From: Thermoanaerobaculia bacterium
GTDB taxonomy: Bacteria; Acidobacteriota; Thermoanaerobaculia; Gp7-AA8
Assembly: GCA_035629865.1 (NCBI GenBank)
Contig: DASPHC010000055.1
Location: 134,940 to 198,939 of the forward strand
Reading direction: 5' to 3'
Length of the DNA: 64,000 bases
The stretch's first letter is position 1. Each line of letters opens with the position of its first letter. Both the position numbers and the translations under genes were made by a program. Below the pieces are notes generated by a model. That model searched no databases and was not told where the DNA came from. It saw nothing but the letters and a program-made list of their open reading frames with translations. Of the stretch, positions 1 through 9,683 are shown in pieces.

Positions 1-1
1 C

Positions 2-295
2 CTGCGCCGCAAGATCATCATCGTCCCGCCGCACATGGGGCGCGACATCGCCCGGATCCCGAACGCCGAGACGATTGCCCTCACCGGCTGGGCGCTGCAC
101 GGCACCCGGGACGCCGATCACGGCCTCCCGCTTTCCGATCATGCCGACTTCGGCGAGCTGGTCTCGTTCGCCGAAAGCTCGCGCGCCAGTGTCGTTTACG
201 TCACCCACGGCTCGAAGCGCTTCGCCGACGAGCTCCGCCGCCGCGGCATCCGCGCGGAGTTCCTCCGCGGGAAGCCGCAGATGCGGCTGTTCTGA
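2..295 (+). CDS. C-terminal part of MBL-fold/beta-CASP nuclease (ligase-associated DNA damage exonuclease-like), 5'-truncated by window
   Basis: LSDHADFGEL and VYVTHG motifs typical of the RNA-metabolising MBL C-terminus; frame open from position 2; ends QMRLF. Confidence 0.75.
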   Translation: MRRKIIIVPPHMGRDIARIPNAETIALTGWALHGTRDADHGLPLSDHADFGELVSFAESSRASVVYVTHGSKRFADELRRRGIRAEFLRGKPQMRLF

Positions 296-415
296 TTCTC
301 TGGGCGCGGCGTGCGCGTTCTGCTTAGAATGCGCGCTGACTGGGGACTCGCCTTCAGATCTTCGAAACCCAACGACTCATCCTTACGTAGTAAGCCCGTG
401 TTTGGGAGGACTTGC

Positions 416-2095
416 ATGACCGCTGTTCGACGGTTGATCACAACTTTGCTGGTGACGCTCGCGGCGACCGTACTGCTCGCGCAGGAGACCACGGCCCCAC
501 GGGCGGCGACCGAGACGGTTACCGCCGAGACGGACCAGGACGCAGCAAATCCGAGAGCGCTGCAGCTCTCGCTCGACCAGGCTGTTCGCACTTCCATCGA
601 ACGGAACCTCGGCGTCCGGCTGCAGGAGTTCGAGTACCAGGAAGCCGGCTGGGGCCTCCGCTCGCAGTACGGCATCTACGACTTTCTCGGCGTCGGCCGG
701 CTGCAGGAAGTGGGCTCTCAGTCGGCGGGAACCTCGTCGATCCAGGCATCGGCGGAACGGAACGTCTCGGCACGCTTCGGCGTGCAGCAGAACCTTCCGA
801 CCGGCGGCAACTACGAGGTTTCGTTCGGGACCAACCGCGACGTCAGCACGGGCGGCGTCTCCACCTTCAGCCCGTTCTACGGCCAGCGCCTCGGGTTCAA
901 CTTCGAGCAGCCGCTGCTCCGTGACTTCGGCATCGACGTCAATCGCCGCGGCATCACCATCGCCCGCAACACTCTGGGCATCAACCACGAGACTTTCCGC
1001 ACCGCCCTGATGGACACCGCGGTCTCGGTCGAGCAGGGGTACCTGAACCTGATCTACGCCCGCCGCCGCGTCGACGTGGTCAAGGAATCGCTCTTCCTGG
1101 CACGCGACCAGGCCCGCATCACCCAGATCCGCATCGACGTCGGCGCGTCCGCGCCGCTGGACATCCTCCAGCCGCGTGTGACCATCGCCACGAGCGAAGA
1201 GCAGCTCATCATCGCCGTCGCCGACGTCCGTGAAGCCGAGGACCAGCTCCGCGGCCTGCTGCACCTCGATCCCGCGGAGTGGGATCGCCCGATCATCCCG
1301 ACCGACGCGATCGAGTACACCCCTGTGGCGATCGACACGGCTGACGCGGTGCGCCGCGCGTACGAGCTGCGGCCCGAGCTCCGCCAGGACCGCCTCGCCA
1401 CGGATACGCGCCGCGTGCAGTACCTCTACGCCCGCAACCAGACCCTCCCGGTGCTCGACCTCGACCTCGACTATGGCCTCTCCGGCTTTGCCGGCACGCG
1501 CCGCGCAGGCGGCGTGGTCGAACGGATCCCGTATGGACGCGGACTGAGCAACATCGCCGAAATGGACTTTCCGGGCTGGACGATCGGCTTCAACGTTGGC
1601 GTGCCGCTCACGAACATCGGTCCGCGCGCCGAGGCGCGCCGTGCGGAGCTCGACCTTCGCCAGTCCGAGCTGACGCAGGAGCAGACCCGCCAGAACGTCG
1701 CCCTCGACGTGCGCGGCGCCGCACGCGACGTCGACACTGCTGCCCGCTCCATCACCGCCACCCGCGCCGCGCGCGATGCGGCCGAGCGGAACGTCGAGGC
1801 GGAGCGCCGCCGCTACGAGAACGGCATGACCACGAACTTCCAGGTGCTGGAAGTGCAGCAGCAGCTCTCCGACGCCCGCATCCGCGAGCTGCAGGCGCTG
1901 GTCGGTTACAACCAGGCGGTGGCCCGTTACCACCGCGCGGTCGGCGACGTCCTCGACGTTCGCGGCATCAGCGTCGACATCCCCGAGCTCCCGGAAGAAC
2001 CGCGTATCTTCAGCAATCTGGATCGGTACAATTGGCTGAACTACGGAAGCCGGGTCGATCTGGAGGAGCAGCCGAATGACGACGGGAAACCTTGA
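416..2095 (+). CDS. TolC family outer membrane efflux protein
   Basis: GGGAGGA RBS before ATG 416; signal peptide; LSLDQAV, LPVLDL and ERRRYENGMTTNFQVL OEP-type motifs. Confidence 0.9.
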   Translation: MTAVRRLITTLLVTLAATVLLAQETTAPRAATETVTAETDQDAANPRALQLSLDQAVRTSIERNLGVRLQEFEYQEAGWGLRSQYGIYDFLGVGRLQEVGSQSAGTSSIQASAERNVSARFGVQQNLPTGGNYEVSFGTNRDVSTGGVSTFSPFYGQRLGFNFEQPLLRDFGIDVNRRGITIARNTLGINHETFRTALMDTAVSVEQGYLNLIYARRRVDVVKESLFLARDQARITQIRIDVGASAPLDILQPRVTIATSEEQLIIAVADVREAEDQLRGLLHLDPAEWDRPIIPTDAIEYTPVAIDTADAVRRAYELRPELRQDRLATDTRRVQYLYARNQTLPVLDLDLDYGLSGFAGTRRAGGVVERIPYGRGLSNIAEMDFPGWTIGFNVGVPLTNIGPRAEARRAELDLRQSELTQEQTRQNVALDVRGAARDVDTAARSITATRAARDAAERNVEAERRRYENGMTTNFQVLEVQQQLSDARIRELQALVGYNQAVARYHRAVGDVLDVRGISVDIPELPEEPRIFSNLDRYNWLNYGSRVDLEEQPNDDGKP

Positions 2096-2840
2096 GTCTC
2101 CGGGCGCAGGCGCGCCTGTCCAACCGCCGAAGAAGAACGTGTTCGCCAGAATCGCGGGGGTGCTGTTTTCCCCCGCGGAAACGTTTGACGATATCGCCCG
2201 CCGGCCGGACATCATCGGGCCGCTGCTGATCATTCTCGCCATCGGATACGTCACGACGTTCCTGGTCATGCCGCATCTCGATTTCGAGGCGTTGGCAATG
2301 CAGCAGGCCGAAGCGATGAGGAAGCAGAATCCCAACATGGGCGAAGGCGACGTCGAGCGGGTCGCCAGCATGACCAAGACATGGGGCCGGGCGATGGGCT
2401 TCGTCGGTCCGGTGCTCGGGGTGTTCTGGTACCTCATCGTCGCGGCCGTCCTTCTGGGTGCGTCCCGTGCGATGGGAGGGGCAGGAGACTTCAAACAGGC
2501 GCTGTCCACGACGCTCTACGCCTGGATGCCGCTGGTGCTTTACGGCATCATCGTCACGGTGATCGTCATGGCGAAGGGAATGGTCGACCCTTCGCAGATG
2601 GCGACCGTGGTGAAGTCGAATCCGGCGTTTCTGACGGATATGAAGGAGCAGCCGATTCTTTTCTCGCTCCTCTCCTCGTTCGACATTTTCACGATCTGGA
2701 CGATCATCCTGATGATCTTCGGCTTCTCCGCCTTCTCGAAGTTTTCGCGGACGAAATCGGCCGCGATCGTGGTCTCTTTGTGGTTGGTGATCATCGTCGT
2801 CAAGCTTGGGTTCGCCGCTCTGGCGGCCTCGAGAGCCTAG
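2076..2840 (+). CDS. Yip1-family membrane protein (YknW-like)
   Basis: [14 protein letters not shown]-terminal motif, about 5 hydrophobic helices, overlaps tolC stop. Confidence 0.8.
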   Translation: MTTGNLESPGAGAPVQPPKKNVFARIAGVLFSPAETFDDIARRPDIIGPLLIILAIGYVTTFLVMPHLDFEALAMQQAEAMRKQNPNMGEGDVERVASMTKTWGRAMGFVGPVLGVFWYLIVAAVLLGASRAMGGAGDFKQALSTTLYAWMPLVLYGIIVTVIVMAKGMVDPSQMATVVKSNPAFLTDMKEQPILFSLLSSFDIFTIWTIILMIFGFSAFSKFSRTKSAAIVVSLWLVIIVVKLGFAALAASRA

Positions 2841-2850
2841 AACGGAACCT

Positions 2851-3546
2851 ATGAGCGCAATGCCCGATACCCAGCCGGCCCACCTGATCGAGATGCACGA
2901 ATTGACGCGCGTCTACGACCTGGGCCCGCAGCAGATCTTCGCCCTTCGCGGCGTGAACCTGATCATCGAGCCGGGGGAGTATGTCGCCATCATGGGACCC
3001 TCCGGCTCGGGCAAGTCGACGTTGATGAACGTCATCGGCTGCCTCGACACGCCGACGTCGGGGTCGTATCTGCTCGACGGCGTGCCGGTGGAGACGCTCA
3101 ACGACGACGAGCTGGCCGCGATCCGCAACCGCAAGATCGGCTTCGTCTTCCAGACCTTCAACCTGCTGGCCCGCACGACGGCGCTGCAGAACGTCGAGCT
3201 GCCGCTCGTCTACGCCAAGATCTCCCGCACCGAACGCCGCCAGCTCGCCGAAGAGGCGCTGGTGGCGGTGGGGCTCGGAGACCGCATGAGCCACCAGCCG
3301 AACGAGCTCTCCGGCGGCCAGCGCCAGCGCGTCGCCATCGCCCGCGCGCTGGTGAATAAGCCGTCACTGCTGCTCGCGGACGAGCCGACGGGGAACCTTG
3401 ATTCGCAGACCGGACGGGAGATTCTCGACCTGTTCCAGGAGCTGCACTCGAACGGCAACTCGATCATCATGGTCACGCATGAGGATGATGTGGCGAAGGA
3501 AGCGAAGCGCATCATTCACATCCGCGACGGGAAGGTGAAGGATTAG
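2851..3546 (+). CDS. ABC transporter ATP-binding protein (MacB/LolD-like)
   Basis: Walker [34 protein letters not shown]. Confidence 0.95.
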   Translation: MSAMPDTQPAHLIEMHELTRVYDLGPQQIFALRGVNLIIEPGEYVAIMGPSGSGKSTLMNVIGCLDTPTSGSYLLDGVPVETLNDDELAAIRNRKIGFVFQTFNLLARTTALQNVELPLVYAKISRTERRQLAEEALVAVGLGDRMSHQPNELSGGQRQRVAIARALVNKPSLLLADEPTGNLDSQTGREILDLFQELHSNGNSIIMVTHEDDVAKEAKRIIHIRDGKVKD

Positions 3547-3558
3547 GCAGAGCACGCG

Positions 3559-3642
3559 ATAGGACGAATAGGACTGATAGGACCTATAAGACGTATAGGA
3601 CTCCGATCGTCCTATCAGTCCCATAGGTCCTATCGGTCCTAT
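3559..3642. repeat. Intergenic hairpin of tandem 9-mers ATAGGACNN (family A)
   Basis: 5 direct units followed by 4 inverted units (NNGTCCTAT). Confidence 0.9.
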
Positions 3643-3723
3643 GATCTCGACGCGCCTTCTCGAAGTCGGGAATAACACTGTTTGCACCCTTGGCACGCCT
3701 CGCGAAATGCCTTTTCGCGCAGG

Positions 3724-5559
3724 ATGGTTACACCCGCCGTGCTCACCCGAAAATTCAAGTTGTTCGTTGCGCTCGCTTTCGTCTGTCTGACGTCCGCGTC
3801 GACGCTCTCGGCTGCGGAGAAGATGCCGCTGTCGCAGGTCGAGAAGGGGATGAAGGGCTATGGCCTGACTGCCTTCGAGGGGACGAAGCTCGAGAAGTTC
3901 GACGTCGAGATTCTCGGCGTGCTGCACAACATCGGGCCCGGCCAGAACCTGATTCTGGCACATGTCGACCATCCGGTCATCCGCCGTGCGGGGGTCATCG
4001 CCGGCATGTCGGGATCGCCGATCTTCCTCGACGGCAAGGTCATCGGTGCGCTCGCGTACGCTTGGCAGTTCTCCAAGGAACCGGTCGCGGGCATTACCCC
4101 GATCGACGAGATGCTCACGCTCTCTTCCCGCCGGCTCGCGCCGAGCGGGGCCACTCCGGCGGGCGCCGTCCCACGCATGACCGCAACCGAGCTCCTGAGC
4201 GCGGTATCGCGGTCGAAGCCGGAAGAGGCCTTCGACAAGTTCATCAAGAACCTCGCCGCACCGGTCAGCGCCGTCAGCGGAGCCAGGCGGATCTCGATGC
4301 CGATGTCGGTCTCCAGCTTCAGCCCGGAGACCGTCCAGCGCTTCTCGCCTTATTTCGAACAGATGGGCTTCGTCGCCGTGCCGAGCGGTACCGCGACGGC
4401 CTCGGCTTCGACCGGCAGCAAGAGCAAGTTCAGCCCCGGCGATCCGATCGGCGCGGTGCTCCTCACCGGCGATCTGAACGTGGCGGCGACCGGTACGGTG
4501 TCGTGGGTCGACGGAAATAACGTCTACGCCTTCGGCCATCCGTTCCTCGACATGGGGGAGATCAACTTCCCGATGGCGACGTCGGAAATCGTGACGGTGC
4601 TGCCCAGCCTGGCCAGCTCATTCAAGTTCTCCAATACCGGCCCGATCGTCGGCGTCCTGCAGCAGGACCGCGCCGCCGGCATCATGGGCGTTCTCGGCGA
4701 GAAGCCGCAGATGATCCCGGTCGAGGTGACGCTCAACGGCTCCGGCCCCGAGCAGGCCTACAAGGTCAACCTCGTCCGTCACACGACGCTCTCGCCGCTG
4801 ATCCTGGCCATGGTCGCCGACTCGGTGGTCGCCAACGCCCAGCGGGCGGCGGGCGAGCGGACGGTGCTGATGGACGCGGAGATCCAGCTCAAGGGCTTCG
4901 AGCCGATCCGCCTCCGCGAGGGATGGGCCGGCGCGCAGGCGCGCCAGTCGATTCCGCAGTACCTCGCCGTGATCTCCGGCTACATGATGTCGAACGAGTT
5001 CAGCCCGACGGAGATCGAGAGCATCAAGATCCGTCTCCATCACGACGACGAGCTTCGCATTGCCCGCCTCATGGAAGCGTCGCTGGTGATGCCGGACAAG
5101 GGCCGCGTCTCGCCGGGCGACGTCGTCAAGGTGCGCACCGTCCTCAAGCCGTTCCGCGGTGAGTCGTTCGTCGAGACCTTCGACGTCCGGATCCCCGAGG
5201 ACCAGCCGGCCGGGCCGGCGTACCTGCTGGTGGGAAGCGGCTCGGTGATGAACGCCGTCGACTTCACACTCGTGCCGCCCGATCCACGGACGCTCCAGCA
5301 GGTCATCGGCGTCCTGGAGCGCCTCCGCCCGGCGACCGACCTCACCGTCGGTCTCTACTCGACCGGTGAAGGAGCGGTGACCTCCGGCGTGTATCTCCCG
5401 AATCTTCCGCCGTCGATGCAGGCGGTGGTCAGTGCGGACACGTCGAACGGACCGCAGGCGGTGGTGAAGTACCACCCCACCAAGCATGACGCCAAGCCGC
5501 TCGGCTACATCGTCGACGGCGCGCTGAAGATCGACCTCAACGTCAAACCCCAGATCTAG
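3724..5559 (+). CDS. Secreted SpoIVB peptidase S55 domain protein
   Basis: Signal peptide; FDVEILGV, GVIAGMSGSP (catalytic Ser), AFGHPF; start could also be GTG 3739. Confidence 0.85.
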   Translation: MVTPAVLTRKFKLFVALAFVCLTSASTLSAAEKMPLSQVEKGMKGYGLTAFEGTKLEKFDVEILGVLHNIGPGQNLILAHVDHPVIRRAGVIAGMSGSPIFLDGKVIGALAYAWQFSKEPVAGITPIDEMLTLSSRRLAPSGATPAGAVPRMTATELLSAVSRSKPEEAFDKFIKNLAAPVSAVSGARRISMPMSVSSFSPETVQRFSPYFEQMGFVAVPSGTATASASTGSKSKFSPGDPIGAVLLTGDLNVAATGTVSWVDGNNVYAFGHPFLDMGEINFPMATSEIVTVLPSLASSFKFSNTGPIVGVLQQDRAAGIMGVLGEKPQMIPVEVTLNGSGPEQAYKVNLVRHTTLSPLILAMVADSVVANAQRAAGERTVLMDAEIQLKGFEPIRLREGWAGAQARQSIPQYLAVISGYMMSNEFSPTEIESIKIRLHHDDELRIARLMEASLVMPDKGRVSPGDVVKVRTVLKPFRGESFVETFDVRIPEDQPAGPAYLLVGSGSVMNAVDFTLVPPDPRTLQQVIGVLERLRPATDLTVGLYSTGEGAVTSGVYLPNLPPSMQAVVSADTSNGPQAVVKYHPTKHDAKPLGYIVDGALKIDLNVKPQI

Positions 5560-5561
5560 GC

Positions 5562-5711
5562 ATGAGGTACGGGGTACGAGGAATGAGTGAGCACAGGCCT
5601 GCTCCTGCCGACGACCTCGTACCTCGTACCACTTCCGCGACAGCAGAGAGCCTGGAGATGAGTTAGGGTGCCGGTCGGCACCTCGTACCTCATGCCTCGT
5701 ACCGCATACCC
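5562..5711. repeat. Intergenic 7-mer tandem/inverted repeat GAGGTAC/GTACCTC (family B)
   Basis: gaggtac-ggggtac arm followed by two gtacctc-rich arms. Confidence 0.75.
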
Positions 5712-5733
5712 CCGCCGTTTTGGAAAGGAAATC

Positions 5734-7905
5734 ATGCGCCGATTCATCATCCTGATCTCGGCTCTCGTCGTTGCTACACACGCGCTCGCCGTCGCGCCGC
5801 AGTTCTGGCGCGTCGGAGCCGCCGAAGAGTTCCTGGCCGGCGAGCTCGAAGGCTTCGCCGTCACCTCGCGCGGAGAGCTGCGTGTCGCGCCGGCGATGAA
5901 GAAAGTCGCCTCCTTCACCGACCCGTTCGTCCTCTCCCAGACGGTTGCGCCGAACGGGGACCGTTTCTTCGGCACCGGCAATGACGGCAAGGTCTACCGC
6001 CTGCGCGGCGAAGAGCTGAAGGTGCTGTTCACCGCGCCGGAGCCGGAGATCTACGCCGTCTCCTTCGCGAACGGAGCCCTGCTCGCCGGCAGCTCGCCGA
6101 ACGGCAAGGTCTATCGCATCGATCCGGAGAGCGGCCAGCAGAGCGTCTTCTTCGAGCCGAAGCAGGCCTACATCTGGGCCATTGAGCCCGCGGGCAGCGA
6201 CGTCCTGGTCGCCACCGGCGTCGAAGGGCAGCTCTTCCGCGTTTCTGCAAAGGGCGAGGGCAAGATCTTCTACGACTCGGCCGACACGCACATCCGCTCG
6301 GTCGCCGTGCGGAAAGACGGGACCATCCTGGCCGGCGGGTCCGGCAAGGGACGCATCTATCAGATCGGCCGCGACGGCGCGGCCATCGCACTGTTCGAAT
6401 CGCCGCTGAACGAGATCACCGCGATCTACGTCGACGCCAACGGCACCGGCTGGGCGGCGGGGGCGAGCAACGTCCTGCCGTCGACCGCGCCGAAGACGCA
6501 GCCGAAGAGCGGCAGCGGCTCGCAACAGCAGCAGGGATCCGGCCAGTCGGGCTCCGGCGAAGCGAAGAAGGAAGGGGAGGCGACTCCGACCGTCGAAGTC
6601 TCGTTCTCCTTCGACGACTCCACCGCCACCGCGGCCTCGCAGGCCGGCTCGGCGGAGATCTATCGCATCGATGCCGACGGCTTCGTCGACACGGTCCGCA
6701 AATTCGAGCGCGAGATGATCTACGGCCTGAGCGGCGGTCCAAACGGCTCCATCCTCGTCGCGACCGGCCCGAACGGCCGCGTCTATGAATTGAGCGGCGG
6801 CGAGGTCGCTCTCGTCGGCGCCGTCCCCGAAAAGCAGGTGGTCTCCATCTCCGGCTCCGGCAACACGGCTCTGATCACCACCACCAACACCGGTGCGGTC
6901 TACCGGATGGAAGGGCGCAGCGCCGCCACCGCGGAGTTCCGCTCGGTGGCGAAGGACGCGGAGCGCTTCTCGCGCTTCGGCAACTATCGGATCGAAGGGC
7001 GCAACATGCCGGCCGGCTCGGTCGCCGTCTCGTTCCGCAGCGGCAACACCCGTACGCCCGACGCGACGTGGAGCAACTGGACCGCTCCGCAGTCGTCGCT
7101 CGAAGGGAACGTCGGCGCTCCCGCCGCGCGGTACATCCAGTGGAAGTTGACGCTGCCGAAGCCGGCCGCCGATGCGTCGGTCGACCACGTCACGGTCGCG
7201 TTCATGAACCGCAACGTGCCGCCGGAGATCGAGGCGGTCGGCGTGCAGGAGCCGGCCGTGGTCTTCATTACTTCGGCCTATCCCTCGGCGCCGCAGGTCG
7301 TGGAGGCGACGAATCCCGACGAGTACGGGATCTTCACGAGTCTCGACAATCCGCGCGAGCGCGCCGTCGCGGAGCAGGGGAAGCGGATGTTCCGCAAGGG
7401 CTTCCGCACCGTCTCCTGGCGCGCCAGCGACGACAACGGCGACACCATCCGCTACACCCTCTCGTTCCGCCGGAAGGGGAGCGAGCAGTGGCTGCGCCTC
7501 CGCGAGAACATCGAAGAGACGCAGATGAACTTCGACACCTCCCAGCTTCCGGACGGTCTCTACGAGCTGCGCCTCGTCGCCAGCGACGCCTCGGACAATC
7601 CGGAGATGCCGCTGACGGATACACGGGACGGGGTCGAGTTCCAAGTCGACAACACCGCGCCGAAGATTGCCGTCGCCACGAACGGCAGCGACGTGACGGT
7701 GCGGATCACGGATGACGTCTCGCCGATCGGCCGCGTCGAATACTCGGCCGACGCGGAGAAGTGGATCCGCATCCTCCCGGTCGACGGCATCGCCGACTCG
7801 CGCGACGAGACGTTCCGCCTCGACCGCAAGAGCGTGGACGGCAAGTTCGTGGTGGTCCGGGCGGTCGACGCGCAGTACAACGTGACCACCGAGTCGGTAC
7901 GGTAG
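5734..7905 (+). CDS. Secreted beta-propeller protein with C-terminal FN3/Ig-like domains
   Basis: AAGGA RBS, signal peptide, repeated GTGNDGKVYR / SSPNGKVYR / ATGPNGRVYE blades, LPDGLYELRLVASD. Confidence 0.75.
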   Translation: MRRFIILISALVVATHALAVAPQFWRVGAAEEFLAGELEGFAVTSRGELRVAPAMKKVASFTDPFVLSQTVAPNGDRFFGTGNDGKVYRLRGEELKVLFTAPEPEIYAVSFANGALLAGSSPNGKVYRIDPESGQQSVFFEPKQAYIWAIEPAGSDVLVATGVEGQLFRVSAKGEGKIFYDSADTHIRSVAVRKDGTILAGGSGKGRIYQIGRDGAAIALFESPLNEITAIYVDANGTGWAAGASNVLPSTAPKTQPKSGSGSQQQQGSGQSGSGEAKKEGEATPTVEVSFSFDDSTATAASQAGSAEIYRIDADGFVDTVRKFEREMIYGLSGGPNGSILVATGPNGRVYELSGGEVALVGAVPEKQVVSISGSGNTALITTTNTGAVYRMEGRSAATAEFRSVAKDAERFSRFGNYRIEGRNMPAGSVAVSFRSGNTRTPDATWSNWTAPQSSLEGNVGAPAARYIQWKLTLPKPAADASVDHVTVAFMNRNVPPEIEAVGVQEPAVVFITSAYPSAPQVVEATNPDEYGIFTSLDNPRERAVAEQGKRMFRKGFRTVSWRASDDNGDTIRYTLSFRRKGSEQWLRLRENIEETQMNFDTSQLPDGLYELRLVASDASDNPEMPLTDTRDGVEFQVDNTAPKIAVATNGSDVTVRITDDVSPIGRVEYSADAEKWIRILPVDGIADSRDETFRLDRKSVDGKFVVVRAVDAQYNVTTESVR

Positions 7906-7912
7906 CAGCGCT

Positions 7913-8011
7913 GGACGAATAGGACCTATGGGACGAATAGGACTGATAGGACCAATGGGACTCCATGGGTCCCATCGGTCCTATTCGTCCCATTGGTCCC
8001 ATTTGTCCGAT
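7913..8011. repeat. Intergenic hairpin of tandem 9-mers (family A)
   Basis: ATAGGAC/ATGGGAC units then inverted GTCCCAT/GTCCTAT units. Confidence 0.9.
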
Positions 8012-8030
8012 AGCCTACCGGCCTGCACCG

Positions 8031-8036
8031 TATAAT
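8031..8036 (+). promoter_or_regulatory. Consensus -10 box, probable leaderless start
   Basis: TATAAT 6 nt upstream of in-frame GTG 8043, no SD. Confidence 0.6.
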
Positions 8037-8042
8037 CGCTGC

Positions 8043-9683
8043 GTGGTGAGACTTCGTCCGCTCGTCCTGCCGCTGCTGCTTCTCTGCCTCGCCTGCGGCG
8101 GACCGGGCGAGAAACCGGTGGCCGATACTGCTGCGCCGCCTCCGGTCGTGGACGACCAGCCGCGGGACGGCGGGACGCTCTACCGCCGGCTCGACACTGA
8201 CATCGCCACCCTCAACCCCGTCGTCTCGACCAGCCGCTCCGACCGTCTGGTCGCGAACCTCCTGTTCACCCCGCTGATTTACATCGACCGCGACCTGCAG
8301 CCGATCCCCGGCCTGGCCGACTCCTGGGAGATCTCCGACGACGGGCTGCTGTACACCTTCGACCTCAACCCCAAAGCGACGTTTTCCGACGGCAGGCCTG
8401 TCCGGCCGCGCGACGTCATTTTCACGCTCGAGAAGATCCTCGATCCGAAATCGGAGGCGGTGCAGATCACCGGCTCCTTCGACCTGCTCGACGTGGCCCG
8501 CACCCGCGTCGTGGACGAGGACACCGTCGAGATCGCGTTCAAGCAGGCGCTCGCCACGCAACTCATCAAGTTCAATGACGTCATCATCGTCCCGGAGCAT
8601 GTCTATGCCCCGGGCAACTTCCGGAAGGACTACAACGACCGCGCCGTCGGCAGCGGCCCGTACCGCCTGGTGCGATGGGTGCCGGGGAAAGAAGTGGTCG
8701 TCGAGCGCCGCGCCGATTACTGGGGGAAGCGGCCTTACATCCAGACCGTCGTCTTCAAGGTGATCGGCGACCATGGCACCGCGTTCAACGCGCTCAAGCG
8801 GGGGGAGCTCGACGAGAGCATCGTCCCCTCGGACACCTGGTGGCGCGAGCGCAACAACCCGGAAGTGACCAAGAAGATCGAGTTCCAGCGCTTCTACACG
8901 CGGAACTACAACTTCATCGCCTGGAACAACCGCAACCCGCTCCTGAGCGACAAGCGCGTACGGCGCGCGCTGGCCATGAGCATCCCGATCGAGAGCATCA
9001 TCAAGGACATCTTCCACGACACCGCGCGCGCCATGACCGGCCACTTCACGCCGGACGAGTGGGCGTACAACCCCACCGTCCCGGCCATCCGTCACGACCT
9101 CGACGGGGCACGGAAACTTCTCGCCGCGGCCGGCTTTGTGGACAGCAACGGTGACGGTGTGGTCGAGAAGAACGGCCGCCCGTTCAAAATCTCGATCGTG
9201 ATCATCGCCGGCAGTTCGACCGCCCAGCAGATCGCGCAGATGGTCCAGGCGGAGCTGAAGAAAGTAGGCGTGCAGCTCGACATCGCCCTGATGGACGGCG
9301 CGATGGCCATCACCCGCATCCTGGCCGGCAACTACGAAGCCGCGTACCTGTCGTGGGACCTCGATCCCGATCCCGATCCGTACATCCTCTTCCACTCCTC
9401 GCAGATCCCGCCGCGCGGCCAGAACGTCGTCTACTACACGAACCCCGAGGCCGACCGGCTCATCGACGCGGCCCGGCGCGAGCTCGACGCCGGCAAGCGG
9501 AAAGACCTCTACTGGAGGCTCCACGAAGTGCTTTCCGAGGACCAGCCGTACGCCTGGATCGTGCAGGTGTCGGCAAAATGGGCCATGAGCAAGCGCGTGC
9601 ACGGGGTGGTGCCGAGCCGCGGCTTCGGCCTCTTCAACTGGTACCCCGCCGAGAACGACTGGTGGATCGCGCCGGAGCGATGA
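8043..9683 (+). CDS. Peptide ABC transporter substrate-binding lipoprotein (family 5)
   Basis: Lipobox LCLAC; PGLADSWEISDDGLLYTF, VGSGPY. Confidence 0.9.
   Translation: MVRLRPLVLPLLLLCLACGGPGEKPVADTAAPPPVVDDQPRDGGTLYRRLDTDIATLNPVVSTSRSDRLVANLLFTPLIYIDRDLQPIPGLADSWEISDDGLLYTFDLNPKATFSDGRPVRPRDVIFTLEKILDPKSEAVQITGSFDLLDVARTRVVDEDTVEIAFKQALATQLIKFNDVIIVPEHVYAPGNFRKDYNDRAVGSGPYRLVRWVPGKEVVVERRADYWGKRPYIQTVVFKVIGDHGTAFNALKRGELDESIVPSDTWWRERNNPEVTKKIEFQRFYTRNYNFIAWNNRNPLLSDKRVRRALAMSIPIESIIKDIFHDTARAMTGHFTPDEWAYNPTVPAIRHDLDGARKLLAAAGFVDSNGDGVVEKNGRPFKISIVIIAGSSTAQQIAQMVQAELKKVGVQLDIALMDGAMAITRILAGNYEAAYLSWDLDPDPDPYILFHSSQIPPRGQNVVYYTNPEADRLIDAARRELDAGKRKDLYWRLHEVLSEDQPYAWIVQVSAKWAMSKRVHGVVPSRGFGLFNWYPAENDWWIAPER

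Noticed and set aside
4618-7644. Very long antisense or alternate-frame ORFs (also 383-2509, 20656-23679, 56474-59002 and others)
   Set aside because: Shadows of real genes in high-GC DNA; no motifs, biased composition
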